NCBI GenBank assembly: GCA_963797095.1
Contig: CAWCNY010000005.1
Span: 64,001-128,000, forward strand
Length of the DNA stretch: 64,000 nucleotides
DNA from: an uncultured Chloroflexia bacterium
GTDB taxonomy: Bacteria > Chloroflexota > Chloroflexia > QHBQ01 > JADMIH01
Direction of reading: 5' to 3'
Both the position numbers and the translations under genes were made by a program. A model generated the notes under the pieces. The model made no database searches. It was not told the origin of the DNA and was given only the letters and a program-made list of their open reading frames with translations. This document shows positions 29,230-39,088 of this stretch, piece by piece. The stretch's first letter is position 1. Every line of letters starts with the position of its first letter.

Positions 29230-30159
29230 GTGACGGTGGACGATTTCATATTTCGCGATGCCCGCCCCGATGACCGGGACGAGGTGCTTGCATTTACGGC
29301 CCACACCTGGGAGCACGGCGACTATATCAGGTTTGTATTCGACAGGTGGCAGTCGGACCCTCAAGGGCGCTTTCTCATAATTGAAGACACGGCCAGCGAG
29401 CGTATCGCGGGCATAGACAAGCTGACGATGCTGGCTCCGGGGGAGGCGTGGTTCGAGGGCCTGCGGATCAGGGAAGAGTACAGGGGACAGGGGCTGGCTA
29501 CCAGGGTGCAGAGTTTCATGATCCGGGAGGCGAAACGCCTGGGAGCGCATGTTGTCCGGTTCATTACCCGTGTTGGCAACACGCCGATCCACCTTGCAGG
29601 CTATCGCGATGGCTTTGTTCAAACCGCCCTGTTGCGCGGGTTTGAGTGGGAGGGCGAGAGTGGGACGCCCGGTCCGAGTGATGGTGAAGCATTTCAGTTG
29701 CGCCGTGCCACCCCTGAGGAAGCCGATTTGTTGTATGAAGGGTGGGTGCGCTCGTCTGCTTACCGGACCGCAGGGTTGGTAAACCTGTCGTGGTCGCTAC
29801 GCTCAAGCTCCGTGGAGGAATGGGTGAAGGCGGCACAGGGCGGTTATTTGCTGGCAAGGTCGGGGCCAATCGCAGCCAGGGATCAGTTGCCAGTGGCGTG
29901 CGTGCTATTGCGTCCGGGTGGGGAGAAAGATGAGCAAGCCTGGACTGTTAGCGCAGTGTCGGCATTGGAGTCGGAGTGGACGCCTTTAGTAAGAGGTCTC
30001 ATCGTGTCGGCGCAGGCAGGAGGGATAGGCCGGATAGAGGGACTATTGCCCGATGACCATCTGGTTTACAAAGCGACGCAGGCCGCCGGGATCAAGCCGC
30101 ACGCCGATGATTTCTGCCACTGTTTGTTTGAGCTTGACCTGGGCAAAATGGAGGCTTAG
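29230..30159 (+). CDS. GNAT family N-acetyltransferase
   Basis: WFEGLRIREEYRGQGLA acetyl-CoA motif. Confidence 0.85.
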   Translation: MTVDDFIFRDARPDDRDEVLAFTAHTWEHGDYIRFVFDRWQSDPQGRFLIIEDTASERIAGIDKLTMLAPGEAWFEGLRIREEYRGQGLATRVQSFMIREAKRLGAHVVRFITRVGNTPIHLAGYRDGFVQTALLRGFEWEGESGTPGPSDGEAFQLRRATPEEADLLYEGWVRSSAYRTAGLVNLSWSLRSSSVEEWVKAAQGGYLLARSGPIAARDQLPVACVLLRPGGEKDEQAWTVSAVSALESEWTPLVRGLIVSAQAGGIGRIEGLLPDDHLVYKATQAAGIKPHADDFCHCLFELDLGKMEA

Positions 30160-30239
30160 AGGCGGCACACTTATCATCAACAATAAGAGGGGCTAGCCCT
30201 GGTTCTTACATGAACTTACCTGCTAAGGAGGGGGACGGT

Positions 30240-31079
30240 ATGAGCAAAACGCAACACCCAGAGCCTACACGGCAGGCGACAGAAACCCTGCCGACCAAAG
30301 AAAAGGCCGGCGAGGGGTCGGCGACCACAGGTAAAGGCGGTCAGATTGTCTATGGGAACTACGGTTCAATTATCACGACTGAGAACCCAACCTGGCAATA
30401 TGGCGGCTTCCCGCAGCCAGATGGCACCTTCTGGCAGTATCGTGAGCCAAACGCCGTTGTGGTAGTGGAGGGTGACCGGCTGCGCGTGACGGCGGTGCCC
30501 CTGACGCGCGGCCACGATCAGGTGCAGATTCTGGACAACGCCAAGAACATGTACTTTTCCACCCAGAAGTTCGAGCCACCGGAGCAAGGCACGATTACTC
30601 TGGAATGGTGGATGAGCGCGCGCGGCATTGGGACCACGGCCCGCGACCTGTACGACGGCTTCGTCTCGGTGAATCTGCTGGACTTTGCCAACGGCCTGGC
30701 GTTGGATATCTTCATGTCCAATGATGTGGTTGCCACTGTCTATGCGCGGCTGCCCTTTCCGGGCGTGCCGGTACCTGAAGATAGCAAGACTGATCGGCCC
30801 AAGTATTTCTGCTACTTCCACGAGCTAGAGCTTCCAACGAAGCCGGGAATGAGACATGACTGCAAAATTGCCTACACCAAAAGCACCAATGAACTGATCT
30901 TCTGGATTGATGGCGTAGAGGTCAGCCACTATACTGAGGTGCCCGCCAGGATGGATTCCTTCTTGATCGCGCTGGGGCTGATGACCGAGAAGGCGATTCA
31001 CCAGGGCAAGAGCGCCTCGCTGCATGGACAAGGTTTGATTGGCGAGTGGGGGCCGTTTACAGTAGCCAAGAGTTTGTAG
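30240..31079 (+). CDS. Hypothetical beta-rich protein (DUF6081-like)
   Basis: AAGGAGG RBS and a clean ORF. Family call is from recollection of the YREPNA...QILDNAK..HGQG motifs. Confidence 0.6.
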   Translation: MSKTQHPEPTRQATETLPTKEKAGEGSATTGKGGQIVYGNYGSIITTENPTWQYGGFPQPDGTFWQYREPNAVVVVEGDRLRVTAVPLTRGHDQVQILDNAKNMYFSTQKFEPPEQGTITLEWWMSARGIGTTARDLYDGFVSVNLLDFANGLALDIFMSNDVVATVYARLPFPGVPVPEDSKTDRPKYFCYFHELELPTKPGMRHDCKIAYTKSTNELIFWIDGVEVSHYTEVPARMDSFLIALGLMTEKAIHQGKSASLHGQGLIGEWGPFTVAKSL

Positions 31080-31088
31080 TCCTTTAGG

Positions 31089-31676
31089 TCAGTGAGAAGC
31101 CTGAGGCATTTCGAACAGGCCGTCATAAAGCACGCGCACATATGGTGGGAGCTTCCTCATGTCGCCCATCGTGCCGCTTGCCAGCCCGGCGAACATTTCC
31201 CAGTCGTTGCGCTCGACGAGCATGCCCGCCCAGTTTTGCTCAGGGATGCCATGAACGTAGCCGAAAGCCAGTTTGGCGATGCCATGGTAGTTTGGGTCTT
31301 GCTCGGCTGAGAGGCGTACCACTGCCTCGATCATCTCGTCCTCACGACCCTTGCGGCGATAGTGCCACCAGGAATGGGCAAGCTCGTGGACGGCAGCCTC
31401 GTCCTGGGCGGTGAAAAGATGCACCTGGTTTTGTGAAGGAATCCAGTAGCCGCCACCGCGCCTGGTCGTCAGGTCATCTACGCGCAGGTTCACGTTTTGA
31501 CGGATCCACTCCTGGGCAAGCTTGGTGAAATGGTGCTGGCGCATGACACGCGACACGAAAGCCCAGGCCTCGTCGCTGCCAGCACCGGTCGCAGGGCGAT
31601 CACCAAAGAGACCGCGCACTTGATCGATGAGGGAGCCGAGCGCCTGCCGAGCCTTGCTGAGGAAGGGAGATGCCAT
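31089..31676 (-). CDS. Hypothetical protein with HExxH metallopeptidase motif
   Basis: GGGYW..HLF..AAVHELAHSW..EMFA; 7 nt downstream of the TDO gene. Confidence 0.7.
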   Translation of the reverse strand: MASPFLSKARQALGSLIDQVRGLFGDRPATGAGSDEAWAFVSRVMRQHHFTKLAQEWIRQNVNLRVDDLTTRRGGGYWIPSQNQVHLFTAQDEAAVHELAHSWWHYRRKGREDEMIEAVVRLSAEQDPNYHGIAKLAFGYVHGIPEQNWAGMLVERNDWEMFAGLASGTMGDMRKLPPYVRVLYDGLFEMPQASH

Positions 31677-31683
31677 GTTGTGG

Positions 31684-32505
31684 TTATCCGATGCCGTGCT
31701 CGGCGTTGCGCGAATAGTGATCGGTCAGGCGGTTGCGGGCCTCCCATAGCTCAGGAAAGAACTTGTATTGAAGGGTCCTGCCCAGATAGCCCGCGCCCGA
31801 GGAACCCGCGGTGCCGGGCACCTTGCCGCCGATGGTGCGCTCTACCAGTTTGATGTGCTTGAAGCGCCACTCGCTGAAATAGACCTCGTATTCGCTCAGG
31901 GCTTCGGCCAGCGCGAATAAGGCGGGATAGCGCGCAATATCGTCGTAGATAGCTGTCCAGGCATCGGTAGGATCGGGCGCGACATCGGCCAGAAGAGCAT
32001 ACGCAACTTCACGAAGGTTGGAGGGCCAGCGCTTGCGCAGGTCATCGAGGCCGATATGCTTGTCGAGGAGCTTGAGGAATGTGGGGTCGTCAAGGCCGGA
32101 GGCGTATTCAAGCTCGCGGAACTGGTGCGACTCGAATCCGCTTGAGGGGGCGAGGACGTGGCGGAAGCCGTGAAACTCACGCGGGGGCATGGTGGCGAGC
32201 ACATCCACCTCATCGCCCAACACCTGCATGATGCGGTTGATTCTGGTCAGGAGGTGCACGCCCTGCATGATTTCGCGGGCGCGGAGCCTGTCAAGCTCCT
32301 CGGCCATATCGTAGAGCACCTGCTTGAACCATAGTTCCTGGGCCTGCTGCACTATGATGAAGAGCATTTCGTCATGGACGGGCGGCACGCCAAGGGGCGT
32401 CTGTAATTTCAACAGCTCAGGAACGCGCAAATAGGAGCCGTAGCTTAGCGGCTCGTGCGCGCCGTGCATTTCGTGTTTCTCACCAATCTGCTCGCCTTTG
32501 AGCAT
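31684..32505 (-). CDS. kynA: Tryptophan 2,3-dioxygenase family heme enzyme (variant)
   Basis: YGSYL, HDEMLFII..QELWFK, SSGFES.QFR, WRFKH..VERTIG, GTAGSSG. Confidence 0.85.
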   Translation of the reverse strand: MLKGEQIGEKHEMHGAHEPLSYGSYLRVPELLKLQTPLGVPPVHDEMLFIIVQQAQELWFKQVLYDMAEELDRLRAREIMQGVHLLTRINRIMQVLGDEVDVLATMPPREFHGFRHVLAPSSGFESHQFRELEYASGLDDPTFLKLLDKHIGLDDLRKRWPSNLREVAYALLADVAPDPTDAWTAIYDDIARYPALFALAEALSEYEVYFSEWRFKHIKLVERTIGGKVPGTAGSSGAGYLGRTLQYKFFPELWEARNRLTDHYSRNAEHGIG

Positions 32506-32573
32506 GGCGTGAATACCTCCTGATAAGTGATTCTTGACGAGTGGCGAGTGGCGAGTGGCTATTCGTGTGCAGT

Positions 32574-33008
32574 TTAGGTGTTGGGTTGGGCGTTGGGCAG
32601 GGATGCGGACTCTACCAGTTCTACCAGGACGCCGTTAGCGGATTTAGGGTGGATGAAGGCTACCTGAGTGCCGTGAGCACCGGGGCGTGGTTCGTGGTCT
32701 ATCAATTCAACGCCCAGGGCCTCCATGCGGGCGAGCATGCCGGGCAGATCTTCCACTTCCAGGCAGATATGATGGATGCCTGGGCCGCGCTTCTCCAGGA
32801 ATTTTTGGAGGGGACCTTCGTCGCCTACAGGTTCGAGGAATTCGAAGCGCGACTCACCCACCGGGGCGAAGGTGGCTCGAACTCGGTCGCCCGGCACCTC
32901 ATCGGGATTGGACATGGAGAGGCCGAGACCTTCGCCGAACACCTGAAGGGCATTCTCGATCCCTTCCGTAGCTAATCCTATATGGTTGATCCTGATTACC
33001 CTGGGCAT
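32574..33008 (-). CDS. mce: Methylmalonyl-CoA epimerase
   Basis: INHIGLA, FLEP, RGPGIHHICLEV, AFIHPKSANGVLVELVE. Confidence 0.9.
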   Translation of the reverse strand: MPRVIRINHIGLATEGIENALQVFGEGLGLSMSNPDEVPGDRVRATFAPVGESRFEFLEPVGDEGPLQKFLEKRGPGIHHICLEVEDLPGMLARMEALGVELIDHEPRPGAHGTQVAFIHPKSANGVLVELVESASLPNAQPNT

Positions 33009-33154
33009 TTTGCCGTCCCGATTAGGTGTCACCGCATCTCACTATATCAAAGTGGGATCGGCTAGTCAATTCGTGTACAATACGGTAGCCGACGGGTGCG
33101 CCGTTCTTGCGGCGCGGAAGTTGAGGGCATTTTGGGATAGGAGGGTGAGTTAAG

Positions 33155-34738
33155 ATGACAGTTATTGAGACCGAAATCTCGGAAGTAACTGTGTACGTGG
33201 ACCGCGCGCGGGTAGTGCGCAAGGGCAAGGCACATCTTACCGCAGGCGAGCAGACGATCACGCTGGACCGCCTGCCCACCAGCTTGCTCGACGATTCGGT
33301 GAGGGCGGCGGGGCGAGGGGCCAACGGGCGCATACTGGGAGTGGAGGTTGCGCGCGATTATTACACAGAGACCCCTGAGGAAGACCAGGCCGCGCTCCAG
33401 AAGGATTTGCAGAAGTTGCAGGACCAGGACGCGGCGCTGGCGGACGATGACAACGCTGCGGCCGCGCGCCTCGATTTCCTGAAGAACCTCGCGAACAGCA
33501 GCACCAACATTCTACCGAGGGGGATCGCATACGGGAAGGCCGACCTGGATAGCGTTGTGTCTTTCTCCAAGTACATAACGGATGAGACCGAGTTGGCCCA
33601 GGCGAAACGCAGAGAAATCGCGCAGAAGAGGCGTGATCTTGCTCGCGAGATAGAGGTGGTGCAGAGCAAGCTCCAACCGAGGTACGACTCGATACAGCGG
33701 ATAAGGATCAATGTGGTCGTGGAGGCGAGCGCCGAGACGGACCTTGAGTTGGAAGTGACCTATAGCGTGAATGGCGCATCGTGGTCGCCTTTATATGACG
33801 TGCGTCTGATCGAGGAGAAGGTGTCGGTGGGGTACCTGGCGAACGTGCAGCAGACAACGGGCGAAGACTGGCCTGCGGTGCAACTCGCGCTGTCGACGGC
33901 GCGGCCTGCGGTGAGCACGACTATTCCGGAACTTGACCCCTGGTACCTTGACGTTTACACGCCGCCCATGCCGGTGAGAGCACGCGCAATGGCGGCCCCG
34001 GCCGGAGGCGCCATGGACATGGCGGCCCCAGCCCCCATGCAGGCACCCACCACCAAGCTGGCGGCGACCGAAGCGCCACCGCCCCCAGCAGAGATAGCGA
34101 CGGCCACGATTGAAGCTACGGGCACAGCGGTCACTTTCAGAGTGACGCGCCCGGTGGCTATTCCTTCGGACGGGTCGCCGCATAAGACCGTGATCACCAA
34201 CCTGGACCTGGATGCAAAGCTGGACTATGTGACGGTGCCGAAGGTGGCGGAGGAAGCCTACCTCAGAGCCAAGATCACCAATAGCAGCGCCTCGATCCTG
34301 CTGCCCGGTCCGGCAAACATTTTCCACGGAGACGAGTTTGTGGGCACCACACAGCTTGAGATAGTGGTGCCAAACGAGGAATTCGAAGTGCAACTGGGGG
34401 TGGACGATAGGATCAAAGTGGAGCGCAAGCTCACCGAGCGTAGCACGGGTAAGACCTTTATCGGGAATACCCGCAAGTCGCTGTTCGGATACACGATAAG
34501 CATCACCAACAACCTATCGTGGCAGGCTCATGTAACCGTCGAAGACCAGTTCCCGGTGTCGCGGCACGAGCAGATCAAATCGACGCTGCAAGCTGTCAGC
34601 CCGCAGCCGAGCGAGCAGGCGGATATGAACATGCTCAAGTGGGAGTTTGATATTGATCCAGGCAAGAAGCAGGATATCAGTTTCTCGTTCCAGGTGGAGC
34701 AGCCGCGAGATATGCAGATCACTGGCATCGCCACGTGA
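33155..34738 (+). CDS. DUF4140/DUF4139 (MuiA-like) protein
   Basis: EVTVYVDRARVVR, coiled coil, ASWSPLYD, QQTTGEDW..LSTARP. Confidence 0.88.
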   Translation: MTVIETEISEVTVYVDRARVVRKGKAHLTAGEQTITLDRLPTSLLDDSVRAAGRGANGRILGVEVARDYYTETPEEDQAALQKDLQKLQDQDAALADDDNAAAARLDFLKNLANSSTNILPRGIAYGKADLDSVVSFSKYITDETELAQAKRREIAQKRRDLAREIEVVQSKLQPRYDSIQRIRINVVVEASAETDLELEVTYSVNGASWSPLYDVRLIEEKVSVGYLANVQQTTGEDWPAVQLALSTARPAVSTTIPELDPWYLDVYTPPMPVRARAMAAPAGGAMDMAAPAPMQAPTTKLAATEAPPPPAEIATATIEATGTAVTFRVTRPVAIPSDGSPHKTVITNLDLDAKLDYVTVPKVAEEAYLRAKITNSSASILLPGPANIFHGDEFVGTTQLEIVVPNEEFEVQLGVDDRIKVERKLTERSTGKTFIGNTRKSLFGYTISITNNLSWQAHVTVEDQFPVSRHEQIKSTLQAVSPQPSEQADMNMLKWEFDIDPGKKQDISFSFQVEQPRDMQITGIAT

Positions 34739-34811
34739 GGGCCACGCTTGACAAAGACCAGGCCCTGTGATACCTATTTTATGCATTACTAACCCACAAA
34801 GGAGATCAAGG

Positions 34812-35111
34812 ATGATCAAGCTTGTCGCTCTGTTCCAGCGCCCCGACGACGTGGAAGCATTTGACGCTCACTATGAAGGCACCCATGCGCCGCTGATGCG
34901 GGCGGTTCCGGGCCTGGAGCGCATGGAAGTGACGCGCAACCTGAGGGCGTTCAGGGGCGAGCCGGATTATTACCTGATCGCCGAGATGTACTTCAATGAC
35001 CTGGAAGCATTTGACGCCGCTATGGCTTCGGATGAAAACCGCGCGGCCGGCAAGGACCTGATGTCCTTCGCGCGAGAGTACGTCACCATGGTTTATGGCG
35101 AAGTCGACTAG
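34812..35111 (+). CDS. EthD family protein
   Basis: MIKLVALF..P..AFDAHY...HAPL...VPGL. Confidence 0.88.
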   Translation: MIKLVALFQRPDDVEAFDAHYEGTHAPLMRAVPGLERMEVTRNLRAFRGEPDYYLIAEMYFNDLEAFDAAMASDENRAAGKDLMSFAREYVTMVYGEVD

Positions 35112-35145
35112 AGCCAGAGCCAGGACCTGAGGATCGGAATTTATT

Positions 35146-36072
35146 ATGCAATACCCTGATTATCCGCGCGCGCTCCCACCTGAGGAGTTAAACTTCAGCA
35201 ACATTATTTATGAAAAGGCAGAAGGGGTGGCGAGGGTTACGATCAACCGCCCGGAACGCCTCAACGCCACGGACTTCCATACCCTCAAAGAGATGAGCCG
35301 GGCCTTCGAGGACGCGTCATACGACGACACTATAGGGGTGCTTGTGCTTACGGGGACGGGCGATAGAGCGTTCTGTACGGGCGCGGACCTTATGGAGCAG
35401 GAACAGTTCTTGTCGCGCCGGGCCGACTACTGGAAGTGGATGGGTGCGTTCATCGAGGCGCACGACAGGCTGAGGCAGATCGGTAAACCGACCATTGCGA
35501 GGCTGAACGGCATGGTGGTTGGAGGGGGCAACGAGTTCAACATGTCGTGCGACCTTGCAATCGCCGCCGACCATGTGACGATCAGGCAAGTAGGCACGGC
35601 GCGGGGATCGGTGCCGGCGGGCGGGGCTACCCAGTGGCTCCCAATCATCATAGGCGACAGGCGCGCACGCGAGATGCTGTGGCTGTCGGAGCCGATCAGC
35701 GCGGAGAAGGCGCTTGTGTGGGGCCTGGTCAATTATGTGGTGCCAGGTGACAAGCTCGATGAGAAAGTGGCAGAACTGGCGCAGAAGCTGATCAATAAGC
35801 TGCCTGAGATCATCCGGTATACGAAGCTTCAAACGAACTTCTGGCGCGATTTCGCCTGGTCGATGACCGTGCAGCATGCCCGCGATTGGCTTTCGATCCA
35901 TGCCGACGCCGCCGAGACTTCGGAGGGGTTGGAAGCCTTCTATGAGAAACGCCCGGTGAATTACGCAATGCTTCGGAACCGCATTATCGAGGGCGGCAAG
36001 CAGTGCGCGAACTGCGGCGCGACCATGGAGCCTGGGTACAAGTTCTGCGGAAATTGCGGGACGCAGTTGTAG
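35146..36072 (+). CDS. Crotonase-fold ring-hydrolase-like enzyme (Oah/BadI/MenB-like) with C-terminal zinc ribbon
   Basis: AFCTGADL, GGGNEF, QVGTARGSVPAGG (no second catalytic Glu), CANC..KFCGNCG. Confidence 0.75.
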   Translation: MQYPDYPRALPPEELNFSNIIYEKAEGVARVTINRPERLNATDFHTLKEMSRAFEDASYDDTIGVLVLTGTGDRAFCTGADLMEQEQFLSRRADYWKWMGAFIEAHDRLRQIGKPTIARLNGMVVGGGNEFNMSCDLAIAADHVTIRQVGTARGSVPAGGATQWLPIIIGDRRAREMLWLSEPISAEKALVWGLVNYVVPGDKLDEKVAELAQKLINKLPEIIRYTKLQTNFWRDFAWSMTVQHARDWLSIHADAAETSEGLEAFYEKRPVNYAMLRNRIIEGGKQCANCGATMEPGYKFCGNCGTQL

Positions 36073-36089
36073 TTCACATGAGGAGGTAC

Positions 36090-36872
36090 ATGGACACTCC
36101 TGAATACACGTTTATCAAGCTGCACCTGGAATCTCCTATCGCCACCATCCAGCTTAACCGCCCGGAGGCGCTAAATGCGCTCAACCTCAAGCTGATGGAT
36201 GAGGTGATCGCGGCCCTGGATCGCCTGGAAGCGGACGACGAGATCAGGTGCGTGATCATCACGGGCAACGAGAGGGCATTCGCGGCTGGGGCCGACATCA
36301 AGGAGATGGCGGGCGCTGGAGCCATCGAAATGCACCAGCGCGACCAGTTCGCGAGATGGGATCGCATCCGCCGGTTCAATAAGCCCTTGATCGGAGCGGT
36401 GAGCGGTTTCGCGTTGGGCGGCGGAAACGAGCTTGCGATGCTGTGCGACATGATCGTAGCCTCCGAGACGGCGCAGTTCGGACAGCCTGAGATCAATATC
36501 GGAGTGATGCCGGGGGCGGGCGGCACGCAGAGGCTAACGCGCGCCGTTGGCAAGGCAATCGCAATGGAAGTGGTGCTTGCCGGGCGTTTTCTCACAGCAA
36601 GAGAGGCTTTGCAGCATGGGCTGGTGAACCGCGTTGTACCTGTTGAAGTGTATTTGCAGGAAGCGAAGCGGCTCGCAAGTACGGTGGCCGAGAAAGCCCC
36701 AATCGCGCTCCAACTGGCGAAGGAAGCAGTGCTCAAGGCTTATGATGCTTCTTTGCAGGAGGGGCTTGTGTTCGAGCGCAAGAATTTCTACATGCTGTTC
36801 GCCACCGAAGACCAGAAAGAAGGCATGGCGGCTTTCGTGGAGAAGCGCAAGGCCGATTTCAAGGGGAAGTAG
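36090..36872 (+). CDS. paaF: Enoyl-CoA hydratase, PaaF-like
   Basis: AFAAGADI, GGGNEL, QPEINIGVMPGAGGTQRL; GAGGAGG RBS; gene context. Confidence 0.75.
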   Translation: MDTPEYTFIKLHLESPIATIQLNRPEALNALNLKLMDEVIAALDRLEADDEIRCVIITGNERAFAAGADIKEMAGAGAIEMHQRDQFARWDRIRRFNKPLIGAVSGFALGGGNELAMLCDMIVASETAQFGQPEINIGVMPGAGGTQRLTRAVGKAIAMEVVLAGRFLTAREALQHGLVNRVVPVEVYLQEAKRLASTVAEKAPIALQLAKEAVLKAYDASLQEGLVFERKNFYMLFATEDQKEGMAAFVEKRKADFKGK

Positions 36873-37655
36873 ATGGATTACGAAACTATTCTGTACTCAG
36901 TAGGGGACGGCGCGCTGACGATCACGCTAAACCGGCCCGATGTGTTGAACGCGTTCAACAGCAAGATGGGCTCGGAACTGTTGGACGCGCTGAAGCAAGC
37001 CCAGCGAGATCCATCGGTGCGGGCAATCGTGCTGACGGGAGCGGGAAGGGCATTTTCGTCGGGCGAGGACTTGAAGGCACGGCAAGCAGAAGGGATCACC
37101 GAGTTCGGCTCGACCCTGCGCAACCGCTACAACCCGATCGTATTGAAGCTGCGCACTATTGAGAAGCCGGTGCTGGCCTCGGTGAACGGTGTAGCGGCAG
37201 GAGCGGGGTGTTCGCTTGCCCTGGCATGCGACTTGCGGATCGCATCGGAGAAGGCCAGTTTCCTGGAAGCGTTCGTGAGAGTGGGGTTGGTGCTGGATTC
37301 GGGCGCAACGTTCTTCCTGCCGAGGCTGGTTGGACTGGGCAAGGCCGCCGAAATGGCTTTCCTGGGCGATAGCGTGGGCGCACAAGACGCTTTGAAATTG
37401 GGCCTGGTGAACCGCCTGGTGCCGCACGAAGAATTGGAGCAGGCCACAAAGGAGATGGCGGCGCGGCTGGCGAAAAGCCCCACCAGGGCCATTGGTTTGA
37501 TGAAACGGGCGATGAATCGCGCTCTCACGATGGAACTGGAAGATGTATTGGAATATGAGGTGCACGCACAGGAGACGGCAGGAGGGACAGCAGACCACAA
37601 AGAGGGGATGGCAGCCTTCCTCGAAAAGCGCCAGGCTAACTTCACTGGCAAATAG
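36873..37655 (+). CDS. paaG: Enoyl-CoA isomerase, PaaG-like
   Basis: AFSSGEDL, AAGAGCSLALACD, FVRVGLVLDSG (catalytic Asp type). Confidence 0.75.
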   Translation: MDYETILYSVGDGALTITLNRPDVLNAFNSKMGSELLDALKQAQRDPSVRAIVLTGAGRAFSSGEDLKARQAEGITEFGSTLRNRYNPIVLKLRTIEKPVLASVNGVAAGAGCSLALACDLRIASEKASFLEAFVRVGLVLDSGATFFLPRLVGLGKAAEMAFLGDSVGAQDALKLGLVNRLVPHEELEQATKEMAARLAKSPTRAIGLMKRAMNRALTMELEDVLEYEVHAQETAGGTADHKEGMAAFLEKRQANFTGK

Positions 37656-37700
37656 CCGAAGAACCTCCGCATCCTCTGCGGTGCAGAAGGAGGATGAACA

Positions 37701-38999
37701 ATGAAGCAGAACATCGCAGTTCTCGGAGCGGGCACAATGGGCGCCGGCATCGCCCAACTTGCCGCACAGTCCGGCTATTCGGTGCTCATGTACGACATCC
37801 AGGACGCTTTCATCGAGCGCGGCATGGGGAACATACGTGCCGTGCTGCAATCGCGCGTTGACAGGGGCAAGATGCCGCAGTACGAGATGGACGCCACCGT
37901 GTCGCGCATCAGGACTACCAGCAACCGCGACGAAGCCGCCGGCTACGACCTGATTATAGAGGCTGCCCCGGAAGACCTCGCGCTAAAGCGGGAGATTTTT
38001 GCATCATTGAGCGCGCAGGCCGGCTCGGATACAATACTGGCAACCAACACCTCCTCGCTTTCGATTACCTCTCTTGCGTCGGCGGCGCGACACCCGGAGC
38101 TGGTGGTAGGGATGCACTTCTTCAACCCCGCGCCCGTTATGCCCCTGGTGGAAGTGATCGCCTCTCCACAAACCTCGCCCGAAGTGGTCGAAAGTGTGCG
38201 CGGGATAGCACAAAGCATGGGCAAGACGCCAGTGCGCTCGGCGGATATGCCGGGCTTCATCGTGAACCGGGTGGCACGCCCATTTTATAGCGAAGCGCTC
38301 AAGATCCTGGGCGAGGGTACAGCTTCGGTTACCCAGATTGACGAGGCGATGCGCCTGGCGGGCTTCCGCATGGGGCCGTTCGAGTTGATGGACCTGATCG
38401 GGGTCGATATCAATTTCGCGGTCACACAGTCGGTATACAATGCGTTCTTCGGAGAGCCGCGCTTCAGGCCGCACCCGATCCAGCAGCGCATGGTGGAGGC
38501 CAACACCCTCGGTCGCAAGACAGGCAAGGGCTTCTATGAGTACACAAACGGCGAGAAGGGCGATCACGCAGGGCGGCAGACGATTAACCTGCCCGACAAG
38601 CGCGCTGTGACCTTCATACCGGAACATATGACGGCGGCATTCCTCGCCAACGCCGAGCTAGAACTACCCGAGGGCGATACGCGCTCAGGTGAGATCATCA
38701 CGCGCATACTGGTCATGATCATCAACGAAGCTGCCTGCGCGGCGGGCGAAGGCCTGGCCTCGGTGCGCGACATCGACATAGCTATGCGGCTGGGGACCAA
38801 TTACCCCAAGGGACCGCTCAAGTGGGGTGACGAGATCGGCCTTGATATGGTGCAGGGGATACTCAAGAGTCTTACATCGTCATTGGCCGACCCCCGCTAC
38901 CGGCCTGCGCCGCTGCTGTGGCAGATGGTGCGCTCAGGCGCGACAGGCGACGCGGTGGGCGAGGGGTTTCATTCGCCCGGTGAAAAGGGCATGGTCTGA
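37701..38999 (+). CDS. paaH: 3-hydroxyacyl-CoA dehydrogenase, PaaH-like
   Basis: GAGTMGAGIAQ, NTSSLSI, GMHFFNPAP, PGFIVNR and a duplicated C-terminal domain. Confidence 0.8.
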   Translation: MKQNIAVLGAGTMGAGIAQLAAQSGYSVLMYDIQDAFIERGMGNIRAVLQSRVDRGKMPQYEMDATVSRIRTTSNRDEAAGYDLIIEAAPEDLALKREIFASLSAQAGSDTILATNTSSLSITSLASAARHPELVVGMHFFNPAPVMPLVEVIASPQTSPEVVESVRGIAQSMGKTPVRSADMPGFIVNRVARPFYSEALKILGEGTASVTQIDEAMRLAGFRMGPFELMDLIGVDINFAVTQSVYNAFFGEPRFRPHPIQQRMVEANTLGRKTGKGFYEYTNGEKGDHAGRQTINLPDKRAVTFIPEHMTAAFLANAELELPEGDTRSGEIITRILVMIINEAACAAGEGLASVRDIDIAMRLGTNYPKGPLKWGDEIGLDMVQGILKSLTSSLADPRYRPAPLLWQMVRSGATGDAVGEGFHSPGEKGMV

Positions 39000-39088
39000 G
39001 ACGCTTCAGCGATCCAATGCGTTACCTACAGAAAATGGTATAATTGAGACTGACCCATTTTCTGCAACGAAGCACGAAAGGAACCGAT

